Assembly (NCBI GenBank): GCA_050246315.1
Contig: JBFWWG010000001.1
Span: forward strand, 288,001-352,000
Source: Nitrospiraceae bacterium
GTDB taxonomy: Bacteria; Nitrospirota; Nitrospiria; Nitrospirales; Nitrospiraceae
Direction of reading: 5' to 3'
DNA: 64,000 nt
The notes beneath the pieces are model-generated. The model saw only the letters and a list, made by a program, of their open reading frames with translations, searched no databases and had not been told where the DNA came from. A program made the translations under genes and the position numbers. Of this stretch, positions 38,209-47,879 are shown in pieces. Numbering within the stretch: position 1 is the stretch's first letter; each line of letters opens with the position of its first letter.

Positions 38209-38430
38209 TCACTTCAGCGCGAAGAGAATCAGAATGGCCACGGTGAAGCCGAAGATGACCAAGGTTTCCGGGATGACGAGTAAGATCAACATCGTCCCGA
38301 AGGTCTCGGGCTTCTCCAAAATCGCGCCAATCGCCGCTGCACCAATCTTCGCCTGCGCCAACGCGGTAGCCAGCGCGGCCAGCCCGATAGCCAAGCCCGC
38401 ACCGATCGCGACGAGTCCGATCTCAGTCAT
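38209..38430 (-). CDS. atpK: V/A-type ATP synthase proteolipid subunit K/c (single hairpin)
   Basis: Two TM helices, AQAKIGAAAIG, conserved Glu in IPETLVIFG. Confidence 0.93.
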   Translation of the reverse strand: MTEIGLVAIGAGLAIGLAALATALAQAKIGAAAIGAILEKPETFGTMLILLVIPETLVIFGFTVAILILFALK

Positions 38431-38457
38431 GATGCCCCTCCCTGGTTGTCCACCGCC

Positions 38458-40377
38458 TCACCCTCGAATGGGCGTGGCCGCATGGAGATGCCGAAACGGT
38501 TTGTACGGCCGACCGCCTGGCGAAAAGAAGTTTTCGAAAAATTCTACATAATGGAGCCGGAGCGCCTGGACGGTCGGCGAGAGAATGCCGAAGGCGAGGT
38601 TGATCCCGTGGAGCGCTCCCGTGACGACGATGCCCAGGAAGACGTTGCCCACCAGGCCGCCCAGCTTGTTGGCGGCAAAGGCGAGCGCGGCCGATGCGAC
38701 ACCGATCCCCATGAGACGCAGGTAGGAGAGCACATTGACGACGTTATGCAGCTCCATGGCCCCGCGGCTCCCGCCGAAAACGAAGATGACGACCAGCGCG
38801 CACAGCAATCCTGAGACCTCGGCCGCCAGCCATTCGCGTCGGGCGAATCCGGCGCCGCTTGCGATGAGAGAGATGAACGACAGCACCAACACCATGCCGC
38901 CGCATTTCGTCAGACACTCTTGCCGGTTCCCATGCCGCCAGGCCGACCGCGCACCCAGGGCAAGCCCGAACACCACATGCACCGTGCCGATCCCGATGGA
39001 CAGGGAGAGAAGCGGCAGGAACGCCTGCATGCGGTTCAGCACCGGATACAGACCGACATACTCACCCAGCTCTCCAAACAGCTCTCCGAACAGGACACCG
39101 AAGGCGATCGCCGAGCCCGAAGCCCACAGGAAGATGGTCGAAATGTCGCGAACAAGCGGATGGGAGCGGTGCCGCCGTCGAACCATGGCCGCGGCGACAA
39201 GCAGGAGCAGTCCATAGCCGACATCGCCGAGGATCACGCCATAGAACAGGGGAAAACATACCGCCATATAGGGGGTCGGATCGATGCTCCCGTACCGCGG
39301 CAAGGCCACGACCCGAGTCAAGGTCTCGAATGGTCGGGCAAGGACCGGGTTCCGCAGTGCCACCGGAACCGTCGCCCATTCCTGGGGGGCAACCGGACAG
39401 GCTTCCAACACAACCTTGCCGCCGAATTCGTCCTCGATCCTGAGACGCAAGGCGGTGAGCAGCTCGGAGGGCACCCAGCCATAGATCAGAATGGTCAGCT
39501 CGGTTTGATAGAACTGCAGACCCACTTCAATGTGTTCGAGGCCACAGGTAATCGCATCGTCGTACTCCGTCAATTCCTGACGCCGCTGGAACGCCACCTC
39601 GTTCAGCTCCCGGCGATAGCGGTCGGCCTCGTGGGGAAGATCCGTTTTTTTCTGAAGGAGCAGACGCAGAGCCTCTCCCAGGGGCTTATCCGCGACGGAG
39701 ACGGGCAGCCGCAGTTCGGCAATGCCTTCTTCCCACAACAGATTCCGAACTCTGACACCATGCACCTTGGGAAACACCAGCAGAACCACAAGGGAGCGTG
39801 CGTCTATCCGTGTGTGGAACAGCTCATACCGATGGTCCGTGATCTTGGCCATCATTTCCCGCAGGATCGGCAGGAGCGCACCGGAACCCTCGCGCTCATC
39901 GAGCGTGACGCCGAGGTGGTCTAGTTCCTCGCTGTCCTGGATGAACCGCAAGAACGGAGCCAGTCCCGCCAAGGCCCTCTCGTATTTGGACAGGAGGGCC
40001 AGCTCTTCCTCACTGGCCTTCAGCCTGGTCGCAAGGTCATCAACCTGCCGACAGACCTCACGAACCCGGCCGGCAAGGCGGATGAGGACGTCTTCCGTCA
40101 GTTCCGAATATTGAGTGGGTCGTGCGATCAGTCGCCTATCGGATGGCATCTCCGGAAGGAGCAGCAGCAGGCGGCGCACCTCATCGCGCAATCGTTCCAG
40201 TTCAGCCCGTCGACGTCTGGCGGATTCATCCATCACCTGCGGCCGAAGAGGAACCTGAGCCGCCTCCAACGGGGTCGGTTCGATATGCAGGATGCCAACC
40301 TCCTGGAGCGTCGAGGTGACTCGATCGATCAGCATCCGGGGAGAGACCACTCGGACCTTTGCCATCGACTCGATCAT
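38458..40377 (-). CDS. atpI: V/A-type ATP synthase subunit I (a)
   Basis: PRYGSIDPT, GDVGYG, NVLSYLRL (essential Arg), LRLHYVEFFENFF..GG..YKPF. Confidence 0.95.
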   Translation of the reverse strand: MIESMAKVRVVSPRMLIDRVTSTLQEVGILHIEPTPLEAAQVPLRPQVMDESARRRRAELERLRDEVRRLLLLLPEMPSDRRLIARPTQYSELTEDVLIRLAGRVREVCRQVDDLATRLKASEEELALLSKYERALAGLAPFLRFIQDSEELDHLGVTLDEREGSGALLPILREMMAKITDHRYELFHTRIDARSLVVLLVFPKVHGVRVRNLLWEEGIAELRLPVSVADKPLGEALRLLLQKKTDLPHEADRYRRELNEVAFQRRQELTEYDDAITCGLEHIEVGLQFYQTELTILIYGWVPSELLTALRLRIEDEFGGKVVLEACPVAPQEWATVPVALRNPVLARPFETLTRVVALPRYGSIDPTPYMAVCFPLFYGVILGDVGYGLLLLVAAAMVRRRHRSHPLVRDISTIFLWASGSAIAFGVLFGELFGELGEYVGLYPVLNRMQAFLPLLSLSIGIGTVHVVFGLALGARSAWRHGNRQECLTKCGGMVLVLSFISLIASGAGFARREWLAAEVSGLLCALVVIFVFGGSRGAMELHNVVNVLSYLRLMGIGVASAALAFAANKLGGLVGNVFLGIVVTGALHGINLAFGILSPTVQALRLHYVEFFENFFSPGGRPYKPFRHLHAATPIRG

Positions 40378-40772
40378 GGCTCCGCCTGCCTCCGGACCTC
40401 GTGACCATGTTGAAGTGAATCGTCCGCGACCCCCTTTGAGCTCGGCAGAATCCGCTCAAGCACCAGTTCGACCGCTTCCTCCATTCTGTCCATGCACCGG
40501 GTCCTCAAATGGCCGACCTTTGCCCGGACATCCGTGAGCAGGTGTTCGGCCTCACGTTCCGCCTCCGCGAGGCTCCTCGCCTCGGCCTCCGCCTTGTTCC
40601 GCTCAAGTGCGCGACGTTGTTCCCGCAACAGGGTTTCAGCCTGGACCTTCGCTCTCTCGAGAAGGGCCGCCGCTTCCTGTCGCGCCGCCTGGACCATACT
40701 GTCCACTCTGCGCTCGGCAGCCTGGATGTGGATGAGAATCTCAGGAGACCGCTGATCCGAAGGCTCCGACAT
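40374..40772 (-). CDS. V/A-type ATP synthase subunit G/H (peripheral stalk)
   Basis: Ala/Glu/Arg coiled coil ending EAVELVLERILP; 4-bp overlap with subunit I. Confidence 0.82.
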   Translation of the reverse strand: MSEPSDQRSPEILIHIQAAERRVDSMVQAARQEAAALLERAKVQAETLLREQRRALERNKAEAEARSLAEAEREAEHLLTDVRAKVGHLRTRCMDRMEEAVELVLERILPSSKGVADDSLQHGHEVRRQAEP

Positions 40773-40794
40773 GGCTGCCTCAGATGCCGACGAC

Positions 40795-42420
40795 TCATCC
40801 GTCCGAGTGGAGTAATTCATCGACCCTGGCGACCGGCACGCCGGAGCCGACCGCGCCGAATCGAGTCATGATGGATGACTGGACGGCAATGAGTTCTCCT
40901 TGACTGTTGAAGATCGGACTCCCGCTGCCGCCGCTCGTGGTCTGGGCATCATGGATTATGCGATTCGGTACGGCATCGCTCACGTGCCCTTGCGTGGTCA
41001 GGGGTCTGATGAATCCGAGATCCGCTAGGTCTTGAATCAGCTTCTGCAAATTGCGCTCTGCTCCCTTCAACAGCTTGATGGCGGATTGCTCATCCAGCCT
41101 CGCCAATATCCCTTCAAGGCCCGAGGGGTAGCCCACAACCACGACCGCCTCACCCGGCACTGCCTGAGGCGGTGGCCTCTCCACGGGAACCATGGCCATG
41201 CCCTTGGGCTCTGGAGTGAGCTGGGCCAGCGCCACATCTCCTTGCTCAGCCACCTTCAGAACGGTGACGTCATACGCCTGCGCGCGGCCGGGAAAATAGG
41301 CGCGCATGATCATAAGACGCGGCTCGAGACCGGCTTGGATCATCTCCGCCGTGCCCTTCGGATCCATGGACCAGGGCTCGGCAAGGTGCCGATTGGTCAC
41401 GATGCGCCCCGTCGCATCGATCAGAAAGCCGGTCCCGGTGTACTCCAATAGGGCATGAGGCGCCTCCGCTCTTGCGCCGGCTTCGACAAACCCGTAGGCA
41501 ATGTACAGCAGGCACGTCGATGGGCCGAACCGTTTGATCAACCGTTCGGCGTTGTTTCGTTCAGCCTCCAACGTTCTGAGACGGAAGGTCAACGCCTGGA
41601 GCTCCTCCGATGAGGCTCTCTTCTTCTGCTGTTCTTCCACCATCGCCATTAAGCGTTGTTCTTCTGCCTCATGGATCGCCAAGGTGTCGGCAAGCCGTCT
41701 CCGTTCGTCTGCGGCCTTCTGCTCTAATTCGGCCAAGGAGACGCGAGAGCGCTCAAGCTCCTTCAGCAAGGAGACGATATGGTGTTCGTGAGCCTCTTCG
41801 GTGAGGTAGTGATGGTAAGCGAGCCCTCCGATGGCCGCGAGAAGCACTGCCATCAGGCCCGCTGCGACGATCTGCGTCGCCAAGGTGGCATTCCGCGCGA
41901 TCTCGAAGGCGAGTTGGCCGACAAATGATCGGAGGGTCATTCGCCCATCAGCACGTCCGGCGGAAGCGACGTCGCGGGCATCTTGCAGAATCTCCTTCAG
42001 TAGTTTGCAACGAGTATATTCTTCGGGACGGATACGGAAACGGAGAGTGGGACCGTTCGGCCCCAGTTGGATCACATCCCTGTCGCGGAGAATGATTTCC
42101 TCAACCGGTTCTCGATTCAGCAATGTCCGGTTTGCCGGGTCGCAGTTGCGCAACCACATCTCGCAACCCGCCTGGAACATCTCGGCTTGCAGCGGAGCAA
42201 CCGGGCACTCACCATTGGAGGAAAACGACACATCCACGCCCGGCGCACTGCCGAGTGTCACCGGTGCGCGCTGGAAGAACTGCGTCTCGCCTCGCCGACA
42301 ACCCGAGAGATGTACGAGCGAAAATTTCAAACCGCTGCCGGACGAGCGCCGCTCCCCGATATCGGGCGCTTCGTCGGGGACAGAGGCCTGCATCATCTCG
42401 CGGCTGGTCACCGTCGCCAT
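40795..42420 (-). CDS. FHA-like domain + TM + coiled coil + trypsin-like serine protease
   Basis: FHA-like (TLG...NRTLLN...LRDRDVIQLG), TM IVAAGLMAVLLAAIGGLAY, triad TNRH / DVAL / GGSGSP. Confidence 0.82.
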   Translation of the reverse strand: MATVTSREMMQASVPDEAPDIGERRSSGSGLKFSLVHLSGCRRGETQFFQRAPVTLGSAPGVDVSFSSNGECPVAPLQAEMFQAGCEMWLRNCDPANRTLLNREPVEEIILRDRDVIQLGPNGPTLRFRIRPEEYTRCKLLKEILQDARDVASAGRADGRMTLRSFVGQLAFEIARNATLATQIVAAGLMAVLLAAIGGLAYHHYLTEEAHEHHIVSLLKELERSRVSLAELEQKAADERRRLADTLAIHEAEEQRLMAMVEEQQKKRASSEELQALTFRLRTLEAERNNAERLIKRFGPSTCLLYIAYGFVEAGARAEAPHALLEYTGTGFLIDATGRIVTNRHLAEPWSMDPKGTAEMIQAGLEPRLMIMRAYFPGRAQAYDVTVLKVAEQGDVALAQLTPEPKGMAMVPVERPPPQAVPGEAVVVVGYPSGLEGILARLDEQSAIKLLKGAERNLQKLIQDLADLGFIRPLTTQGHVSDAVPNRIIHDAQTTSGGSGSPIFNSQGELIAVQSSIMTRFGAVGSGVPVARVDELLHSDG

Positions 42421-42455
42421 CGTGGTCCGGCTCCGACCATCGCGCCATTGCCTCC

Positions 42456-42677
42456 CTACAGACCGGAAGGCCCACCGCCCTCTTTCACGAGCTGTCGCCT
42501 TTTCGCCAGAGCGTCTGCCTGGATCACGTTCTTGCAATGGTCGCAGATCCAATGCCCATACAAGAGGGCCGGCCCCATCTGCCCGCAGAGCAGACACTGA
42601 CCGGGCTTTACGTACGGCGCTGTCGCTTCACCGAACTGTTCGGACTTCATGTCCGTGTGGTTGTCTGTCTTTCCCAT
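42456..42677 (-). CDS. small Zn-ribbon-like protein (CxxC...CxxC)
   Basis: RBS GGAGG; CLLC-x13-CDHC; same strand, between cupredoxin and protease genes. Confidence 0.6.
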   Translation of the reverse strand: MGKTDNHTDMKSEQFGEATAPYVKPGQCLLCGQMGPALLYGHWICDHCKNVIQADALAKRRQLVKEGGGPSGL

Positions 42678-42739
42678 GATGCCCTCCCGCTGCCATTCAC
42701 GATCGGCGGCGGCGAACACCGACTCGGTGGCCTCACTTT

Positions 42740-43189
42740 CTATACCGTGGGAACCTCCAGCACATACAATTCCCCCTTCATGCGCTCGTGCAGGTCGCAG
42801 TGAAAGGGAAAGCTTCCAGGTCTTTCGGCGTTGAACCGGATCACCAGAGTCTTTCCTGGATTCACATAAAATCCTTCCACGCCTTTCCCATAGGTCGCGA
42901 TCTGATCGTCTTCCCCGGAGACGAGGAGTCCGTTCAGCATCGACGAAGTAAAGCCGTGCCGCACCTGGTCACGATTCTGCAAGACGATCTCGAGAGAAGC
43001 GCCTACCTGGAGGGGACCGCCCTTGGCCAGAATGAAGGCGCGATCCTCAATGACGATCTCGATCCGCTGCTCGCGGGTTCCTTGGAGTTGAAACTGGGAT
43101 CGAGCCTCCTTCGGGTTTGAACTCACCACCGTCCAGAGCAGCGCCATGATGCTGATAGTCGCACCAAGGACCGGGAGATGGATTCTCAT
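42740..43189 (-). CDS. secreted cupredoxin with canonical type-1 Cu ligands
   Basis: Signal peptide; NRDQVRHGF and FHCDLHERMKGEL (H...C-x2-H-x2-M). Confidence 0.85.
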   Translation of the reverse strand: MRIHLPVLGATISIMALLWTVVSSNPKEARSQFQLQGTREQRIEIVIEDRAFILAKGGPLQVGASLEIVLQNRDQVRHGFTSSMLNGLLVSGEDDQIATYGKGVEGFYVNPGKTLVIRFNAERPGSFPFHCDLHERMKGELYVLEVPTV

Positions 43190-43326
43190 GGTGCACCTCG
43201 CTGGATGAGAGAGACCACCACCTTCGTTGGTTAGTCACATCCGCTCGCGTTGCGGTCCGAGAAGCCGTCGAAGCGTCCGGTCGGCCTGACCGTTTGCGAT
43301 TCGATCGTTCCGAGAACGGCCACTCA

Positions 43327-44526
43327 TCATACTTGTCCGCTCCGACGATCAATCGGAACGTAGCCTCGGCCATGCTCTCCGTCATAAATCTGGTCAGGAC
43401 GGAAGAGCTTATTGTCCTTGACCTGCTCCAGCCAATGCGCCAACCAACCGCTCACGCGGGCCATTGCAAATACACATGTGAAAAAGTCTGTATCAATGCC
43501 CATCGTCTTGTAGAGCACACCGGAGTAGAAATCCACGTTGACGTGGATGCCTCTCTTCGCCAGCAGTTCCTCTCCCACACGCTCGACCTCCTCCGCCAGT
43601 CTGTAGAGAGGGGAGGGCTCGGACCGCGTCAAAAGACGCTTAGCCAGCTTTTGGAGGATGTTGGCCCTCGGATCTTTCACCTTATAGATCCGGTGACCGA
43701 ACCCCATGAGCCTCTGCTTCGCGGCCAGCCGCTGCGTGATGTAATGCCGGACATGGTCCATGGATCGGATCTCCTCCAACATTTCCACGGTCTCTTGAGC
43801 GGCTCCGCCGTGCAAGGGTCCTTTCAAGGCTCCGATGGCCGAGGAGACGACGGTGTACGGATCGGCCAGAGTCGAAGCGGTCACCATACCGCTGAATGTG
43901 GACGCGTTCATCGTGTGTTCTGCATGAAGGATGAGGCAGGTCTCCAGCATTCTCGCGATCAACGGGTCTGGTACCTTTTCGGTCAACATGTAGAGAAAGT
44001 TGCCGGCATGGTCCAAATCATCGCGGGGCTGAACCTGCTCGTCACCACGTCGGAGCCGATGGTACGCGGCCACAATCGTGGGCAGCTTGGCGATCAGTCG
44101 GACAGCCGACCAGTACTGCACCGCAGGATCCAAGACATGCCTGGCCGGATAGAACATCCCGAGAGCCGCCACGGCCGCTTGGAGCGCATCCATGGGATGG
44201 CCGTGGTCCGGCAAACACTTGATCAGATCCGTGATCCGATACTTGATGCGCCGGTGCTCTGTCACGTCAGTCGTGAACCGGTTGAGTTCCGTCTGATCCG
44301 GCAGGCGATCGTAGAGCAGCAGGTAGGTCGTCTCCAGAAAGGAACTGTGTTCGGCCAGCTCTTCGATTGGAATTCCGCGATATTCGAGCACACCGGTCTC
44401 ACCATTCACAAAGCTGATCGAGGACTTGGCCGCCGGCACACCGGCAAGACCGGGTGAAAACTCCCGCTCAAGAGACTCTGGAGTGGCCGTCGGCTCAGGG
44501 GCGGCGACCTTCACGTCTTCCTTCAT
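43327..44526 (-). CDS. gltA: citrate synthase (or 2-methylcitrate synthase)
   Basis: ILHAEHTMNAST, GPLHGGA, MGFGHRIYK..DPRA, NVDFYSG. Confidence 0.92.
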   Translation of the reverse strand: MKEDVKVAAPEPTATPESLEREFSPGLAGVPAAKSSISFVNGETGVLEYRGIPIEELAEHSSFLETTYLLLYDRLPDQTELNRFTTDVTEHRRIKYRITDLIKCLPDHGHPMDALQAAVAALGMFYPARHVLDPAVQYWSAVRLIAKLPTIVAAYHRLRRGDEQVQPRDDLDHAGNFLYMLTEKVPDPLIARMLETCLILHAEHTMNASTFSGMVTASTLADPYTVVSSAIGALKGPLHGGAAQETVEMLEEIRSMDHVRHYITQRLAAKQRLMGFGHRIYKVKDPRANILQKLAKRLLTRSEPSPLYRLAEEVERVGEELLAKRGIHVNVDFYSGVLYKTMGIDTDFFTCVFAMARVSGWLAHWLEQVKDNKLFRPDQIYDGEHGRGYVPIDRRSGQV

Positions 44527-45150
44527 AGCCCTGACCTCGGTTCAGGATGTATGACACCATTCCACCCGAACCTCGCGCACCCGTTGGGATTGCCGCCACG
44601 GCCCCGCTTGTCGGACCGTTCCATCCGATGCCTCACGACACGCAGATGCAGTCGTTCCCCGCAGAACACACCACGCCGACCCTCGCCCACATCGACCCCT
44701 TCCCCGAACCTCTCCCAAACCAGCAACCCGCCGCATCGAGCACCCCTCTCTTCTGGCGTTCTCGCCGCCCATGCTCGGCTCTGGCTGCTCCATCGGTAGA
44801 CAGGCTCCCCCCTTCGGCTCTTTATTGAGAAGAAGCATCGGACATGCCTGTACCCCTCCCGCTCGACCGTGCGGGACCACTTGGTATCACGGGTACTTAG
44901 ATGCTGAGCGTTTCGTGGAGCGGGTCTGTTGCGAGCCGATTGGGGTGTTTTAGCTCATGAGTCATGTCGTACCTGTCGCAAAATACCTCAGGGAAGAGCC
45001 GGGGCTCATCCCCTGGACTCACGAGCAGAGAAGCACCCCGTGATCGGCTCCGGCGCATCGGCGCGTGACCGATCACGGGAAACACAGAGAATCGTGGCTG
45101 CTCGGCGGCCCTCAACAGGTCCGGTTGAGGACCACCTCTCACCGCATGAC

Positions 45151-45585
45151 TTACCCGTCACCCCAGAAGAATTCGTCCCAGTTGACGGTCTTGTCCCACC
45201 ACTGCTGGTGGCGCTTGACGTCGTGCAAGGCCGGCGGCGTTACCCTGTAACAGTGATCCCAGATCGCATCCGCGGCCTTGGCGCTGATCCCGCCGTCCCT
45301 CGATTCCAGCATGTCCATGAAGCGGTTCATGGCCGCGTAGGTTCTCTCCTGATCCCCATTCTCGTAGGCGCGCTGCACGACGTGGAGTTGGTCCAGATAG
45401 ATCTCAAACATCGTGGATTCCCCCTTGACCAGCGCAGCCCCCTGCTGAGCCACCACGAACCCCTTCAACTCCTCAAGCCATCCACCCTGCGACGGCACAG
45501 TCCCGGATTCACTGCTCGCTGGAAGCAGAAGGATCGCGACCACAAGGCCAGCCAACCACATCCTCTGATTGAATGTTGACTTCAT
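45151..45585 (-). CDS. secreted hypothetical protein, MNRFMDML family copy 1
   Basis: RBS GGAGG, signal peptide; three paralogs within 3.7 kb. Confidence 0.85.
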   Translation of the reverse strand: MKSTFNQRMWLAGLVVAILLLPASSESGTVPSQGGWLEELKGFVVAQQGAALVKGESTMFEIYLDQLHVVQRAYENGDQERTYAAMNRFMDMLESRDGGISAKAADAIWDHCYRVTPPALHDVKRHQQWWDKTVNWDEFFWGDG

Positions 45586-45847
45586 GGTTCAGCCCTCCGT
45601 TTCGTATCGGTCTCCACGCTCCGGTCCGGCTGCCTTCGCAATCAGGACACTCGGAAAGGATGGGCGCGAAACGTGGAGGAGGCCGAAGCCCACGCTTCGC
45701 GCCGCGAGGCCGGGGCTAGCCCCTGAACAACCCCGTACCCCGTCTCTGCCTCTTTTTCGTATCACCGCGACCCCACGACTTCTGATGCTCACCTTCATTC
45801 CACTGCCTCCCGTTCAAGATCCGCCGAGTCATATTCATTGTAGTTCC

Positions 45848-45919
45848 AGCATAGGGTCTTGAATGGTCCCGCACAATGAGCAGGAGGCCTCATTTTGCGC
45901 CTGGGGCGACATCATCAGT
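45848..45919 (-). promoter_or_regulatory. tandem operator + sigma70-type promoter, copy 3
   Basis: + strand AATGAGCAGGAGGCCTCATT(45875-45894)-N5-CCTGGGGCGACATCATCAGT; minus strand TTGTGC-17-TATGCT. Confidence 0.72.
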
Positions 45920-45945
45920 CGATCGAGTAGGCTATGCCGCGGAGT

Positions 45946-46653
45946 TTAGGGGGTGGTGGGCGAACTGGTGCGCGCTGGGTCGGATGGCATCGACCCGGCG
46001 CCCGGAGGAAAAGCGATCGCGAGAGCCTGGAGTCGGCTGTGGGCACCCAGTTTTTCAAGGATGTGCTGGATGTGATTGCGCACCGTCTTGGGACTAATGC
46101 TCAGGGTATCGGCGATGCTTGCGGATGAGGCGCCGGTGGCCACCAAACGAAGGATTTCTCGCTCCCGTTCGGTGAGCGGAAGGGTTGCCGGGATGTCCGG
46201 CGGCGAGTCCGGGCGGATGTCCACCGCAGGCAATCCCGGAGATCCGAGCACGACCTGTAGCTCGTGCACCAAATGGCGGGCTCGCGCTTGGTTGGTGATA
46301 TCTCGGAATAAATGGGCGAGCCAAAACACGGTCCGTTTGCGGGAGGGAACCGGCAACGTGCTCACGTTCAACCAGATGAGGCGGCCTTCCTTCGTTCGTG
46401 TCTGCATGTCGAACTGTCTGACCCCGCCGCCGCTTCGGATGCGGCCCGCGATCGGGCAGGTCGGCGAGCACAGAGGATGACCGTTCAACGTCTCACCACG
46501 AATGACCTCACAGCAGGGACGGCCCACGACCTCCTGAGCTTTGAACCCCAGCAAGCGCTGAGCGGCTCGATTCCAGAACGCCACCCTCCCGTCCTGGGCC
46601 ACCAGCATGGCGCCCTCGGCCGCCCTTTCCAGCATGGCGGTGAGCTGTTTCAT
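45946..46653 (-). CDS. PAS-LuxR(HTH) one-component regulator, paralog of 23542-24246
   Basis: Same architecture; identical TVRNHIQHILEKLGAHSRLQALAIAFPPG. Confidence 0.92.
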   Translation of the reverse strand: MKQLTAMLERAAEGAMLVAQDGRVAFWNRAAQRLLGFKAQEVVGRPCCEVIRGETLNGHPLCSPTCPIAGRIRSGGGVRQFDMQTRTKEGRLIWLNVSTLPVPSRKRTVFWLAHLFRDITNQARARHLVHELQVVLGSPGLPAVDIRPDSPPDIPATLPLTEREREILRLVATGASSASIADTLSISPKTVRNHIQHILEKLGAHSRLQALAIAFPPGAGSMPSDPARTSSPTTP

Positions 46654-46932
46654 GGTCGTTGTCCGCGAACAGCACGCCGCGAATCGCCCGCACTCGGCCG
46701 TGAGCCACTCACGACGTGCTCACTGTTCGGTAGGCTCCTTCGCCTCGGCACCTCAGCAACCGCAATCCGTAGAAGCTCCTGCCGGAGACGGTCCCCTCTT
46801 CATGTGGAATGCCGCATCCTCGCCGGCATCACTCTGATCCGAGCGGCGACCTGCGGTCCACCAGGGATCCGTGCCTCGTCTCCAGCCTCTCATCTTTCCT
46901 CCCCATCGCATCAGGTTCGGACCCTTACATCG

Positions 46933-47376
46933 TTATCGCGGCCAGTGGACGCCTTCGGGCGCTCGGGGCTGTTCAGTTTTCGGAGGTCCGCTGTGCCGTT
47001 CCACATCATGGAACTGTGTCGGCGTCACGAGATTGCAAAAGTTGAACAGCTCATTCGCCGCGACGTCGGGAATCCCGCCCTCACGCGCCTCCAACATGTC
47101 CATGAACCGATTCATGGCGATATAGGTGGCATCGGTGTCTCCTGTTGCGTACTTCGTCTCCACCACTCGTATCTGGTCGAGGTAGAGATCCCAATTGGCT
47201 TTCGGATACTCCTTCTTGTAATACGCATCCCCCTGGTAGAAGATGATCGCGCCGTGGAGATCATCCATCCAGGTAAAGGGGCGCGAGCTCGCCTGGACAG
47301 CCATCGGTGCAAGCACGCAAGCGAGCCCCACCACCAGCGCCATCGCCGTCATGCTTCTGTGAGTGACGTGTTTCAT
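46933..47376 (-). CDS. secreted hypothetical protein, MNRFMDML family copy 2
   Basis: RBS GAGG, signal peptide ending VQA; YIAMNRFMDMLEAREGGI...CNLVTPTQFHDVERH. Confidence 0.82.
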   Translation of the reverse strand: MKHVTHRSMTAMALVVGLACVLAPMAVQASSRPFTWMDDLHGAIIFYQGDAYYKKEYPKANWDLYLDQIRVVETKYATGDTDATYIAMNRFMDMLEAREGGIPDVAANELFNFCNLVTPTQFHDVERHSGPPKTEQPRAPEGVHWPR

Positions 47377-47426
47377 CGTTGCACCTCGGCATGGTCGTTT
47401 CTGACTCTTGCTGCCGTTCGTTCCGT

Positions 47427-47858
47427 TCATTCCCCCCAGAAGAAATTCTCCCAATCCACGGTCTTGTCCCACCGACGTTTATGACGTTTCTCGTCGTGAA
47501 ATGCCGTCGGTGTGACTTGGTAACACAAATCCCAGATGGCCTCCGCGACATCTGACCTGATCCCTCCCTCGCGAGTCTCCAGCATGTCCATGAAGCGGTT
47601 GATGGCTACATAGGTCCCGCGCAGGTCGTGGCTTCGCAACGTGTGCCGCACGAGGAAGAGTTGCCCGAGATAGGGGTCATAGGAGCCTTCCCGTTCAATG
47701 CCCTTCTGGATCAGGGTGAAGCCGGTGAGTTTGTCGATCCACCATTCCGGGAGAGGAGTTTCACCGTCGGCTTCTCGCGGCAGATGCACCAGGGTGGACA
47801 GCGCGAACATACCGAGTATGGCCGGTACCAACGAGAGCGGGCCTGTCATGCGGGACAT
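47427..47858 (-). CDS. secreted hypothetical protein, MNRFMDML family copy 3
   Basis: YVAINRFMDMLETREGGI...CYQVTPTAFHDEKRH..WDKTVDWENFFW. Confidence 0.85.
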   Translation of the reverse strand: MSRMTGPLSLVPAILGMFALSTLVHLPREADGETPLPEWWIDKLTGFTLIQKGIEREGSYDPYLGQLFLVRHTLRSHDLRGTYVAINRFMDMLETREGGIRSDVAEAIWDLCYQVTPTAFHDEKRHKRRWDKTVDWENFFWGE

Positions 47859-47879
47859 GATCCCACCTGTTCGCTCGGA

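Noticed and set aside
44935..44995. Possible fifth copy of the PAS-LuxR operator upstream of gltA (TTGGGG...CTCATGAG)
   Set aside because: Half-sites and spacing do not fit the 20-5-20 pattern, and no correctly placed -35/-10 was seen
45589..45798. 69-aa ORF with a GGAGG RBS between operator copy 3 and gene 45151
   Set aside because: No recognisable motif and no paralog in the other modules; cannot be supported without homology data
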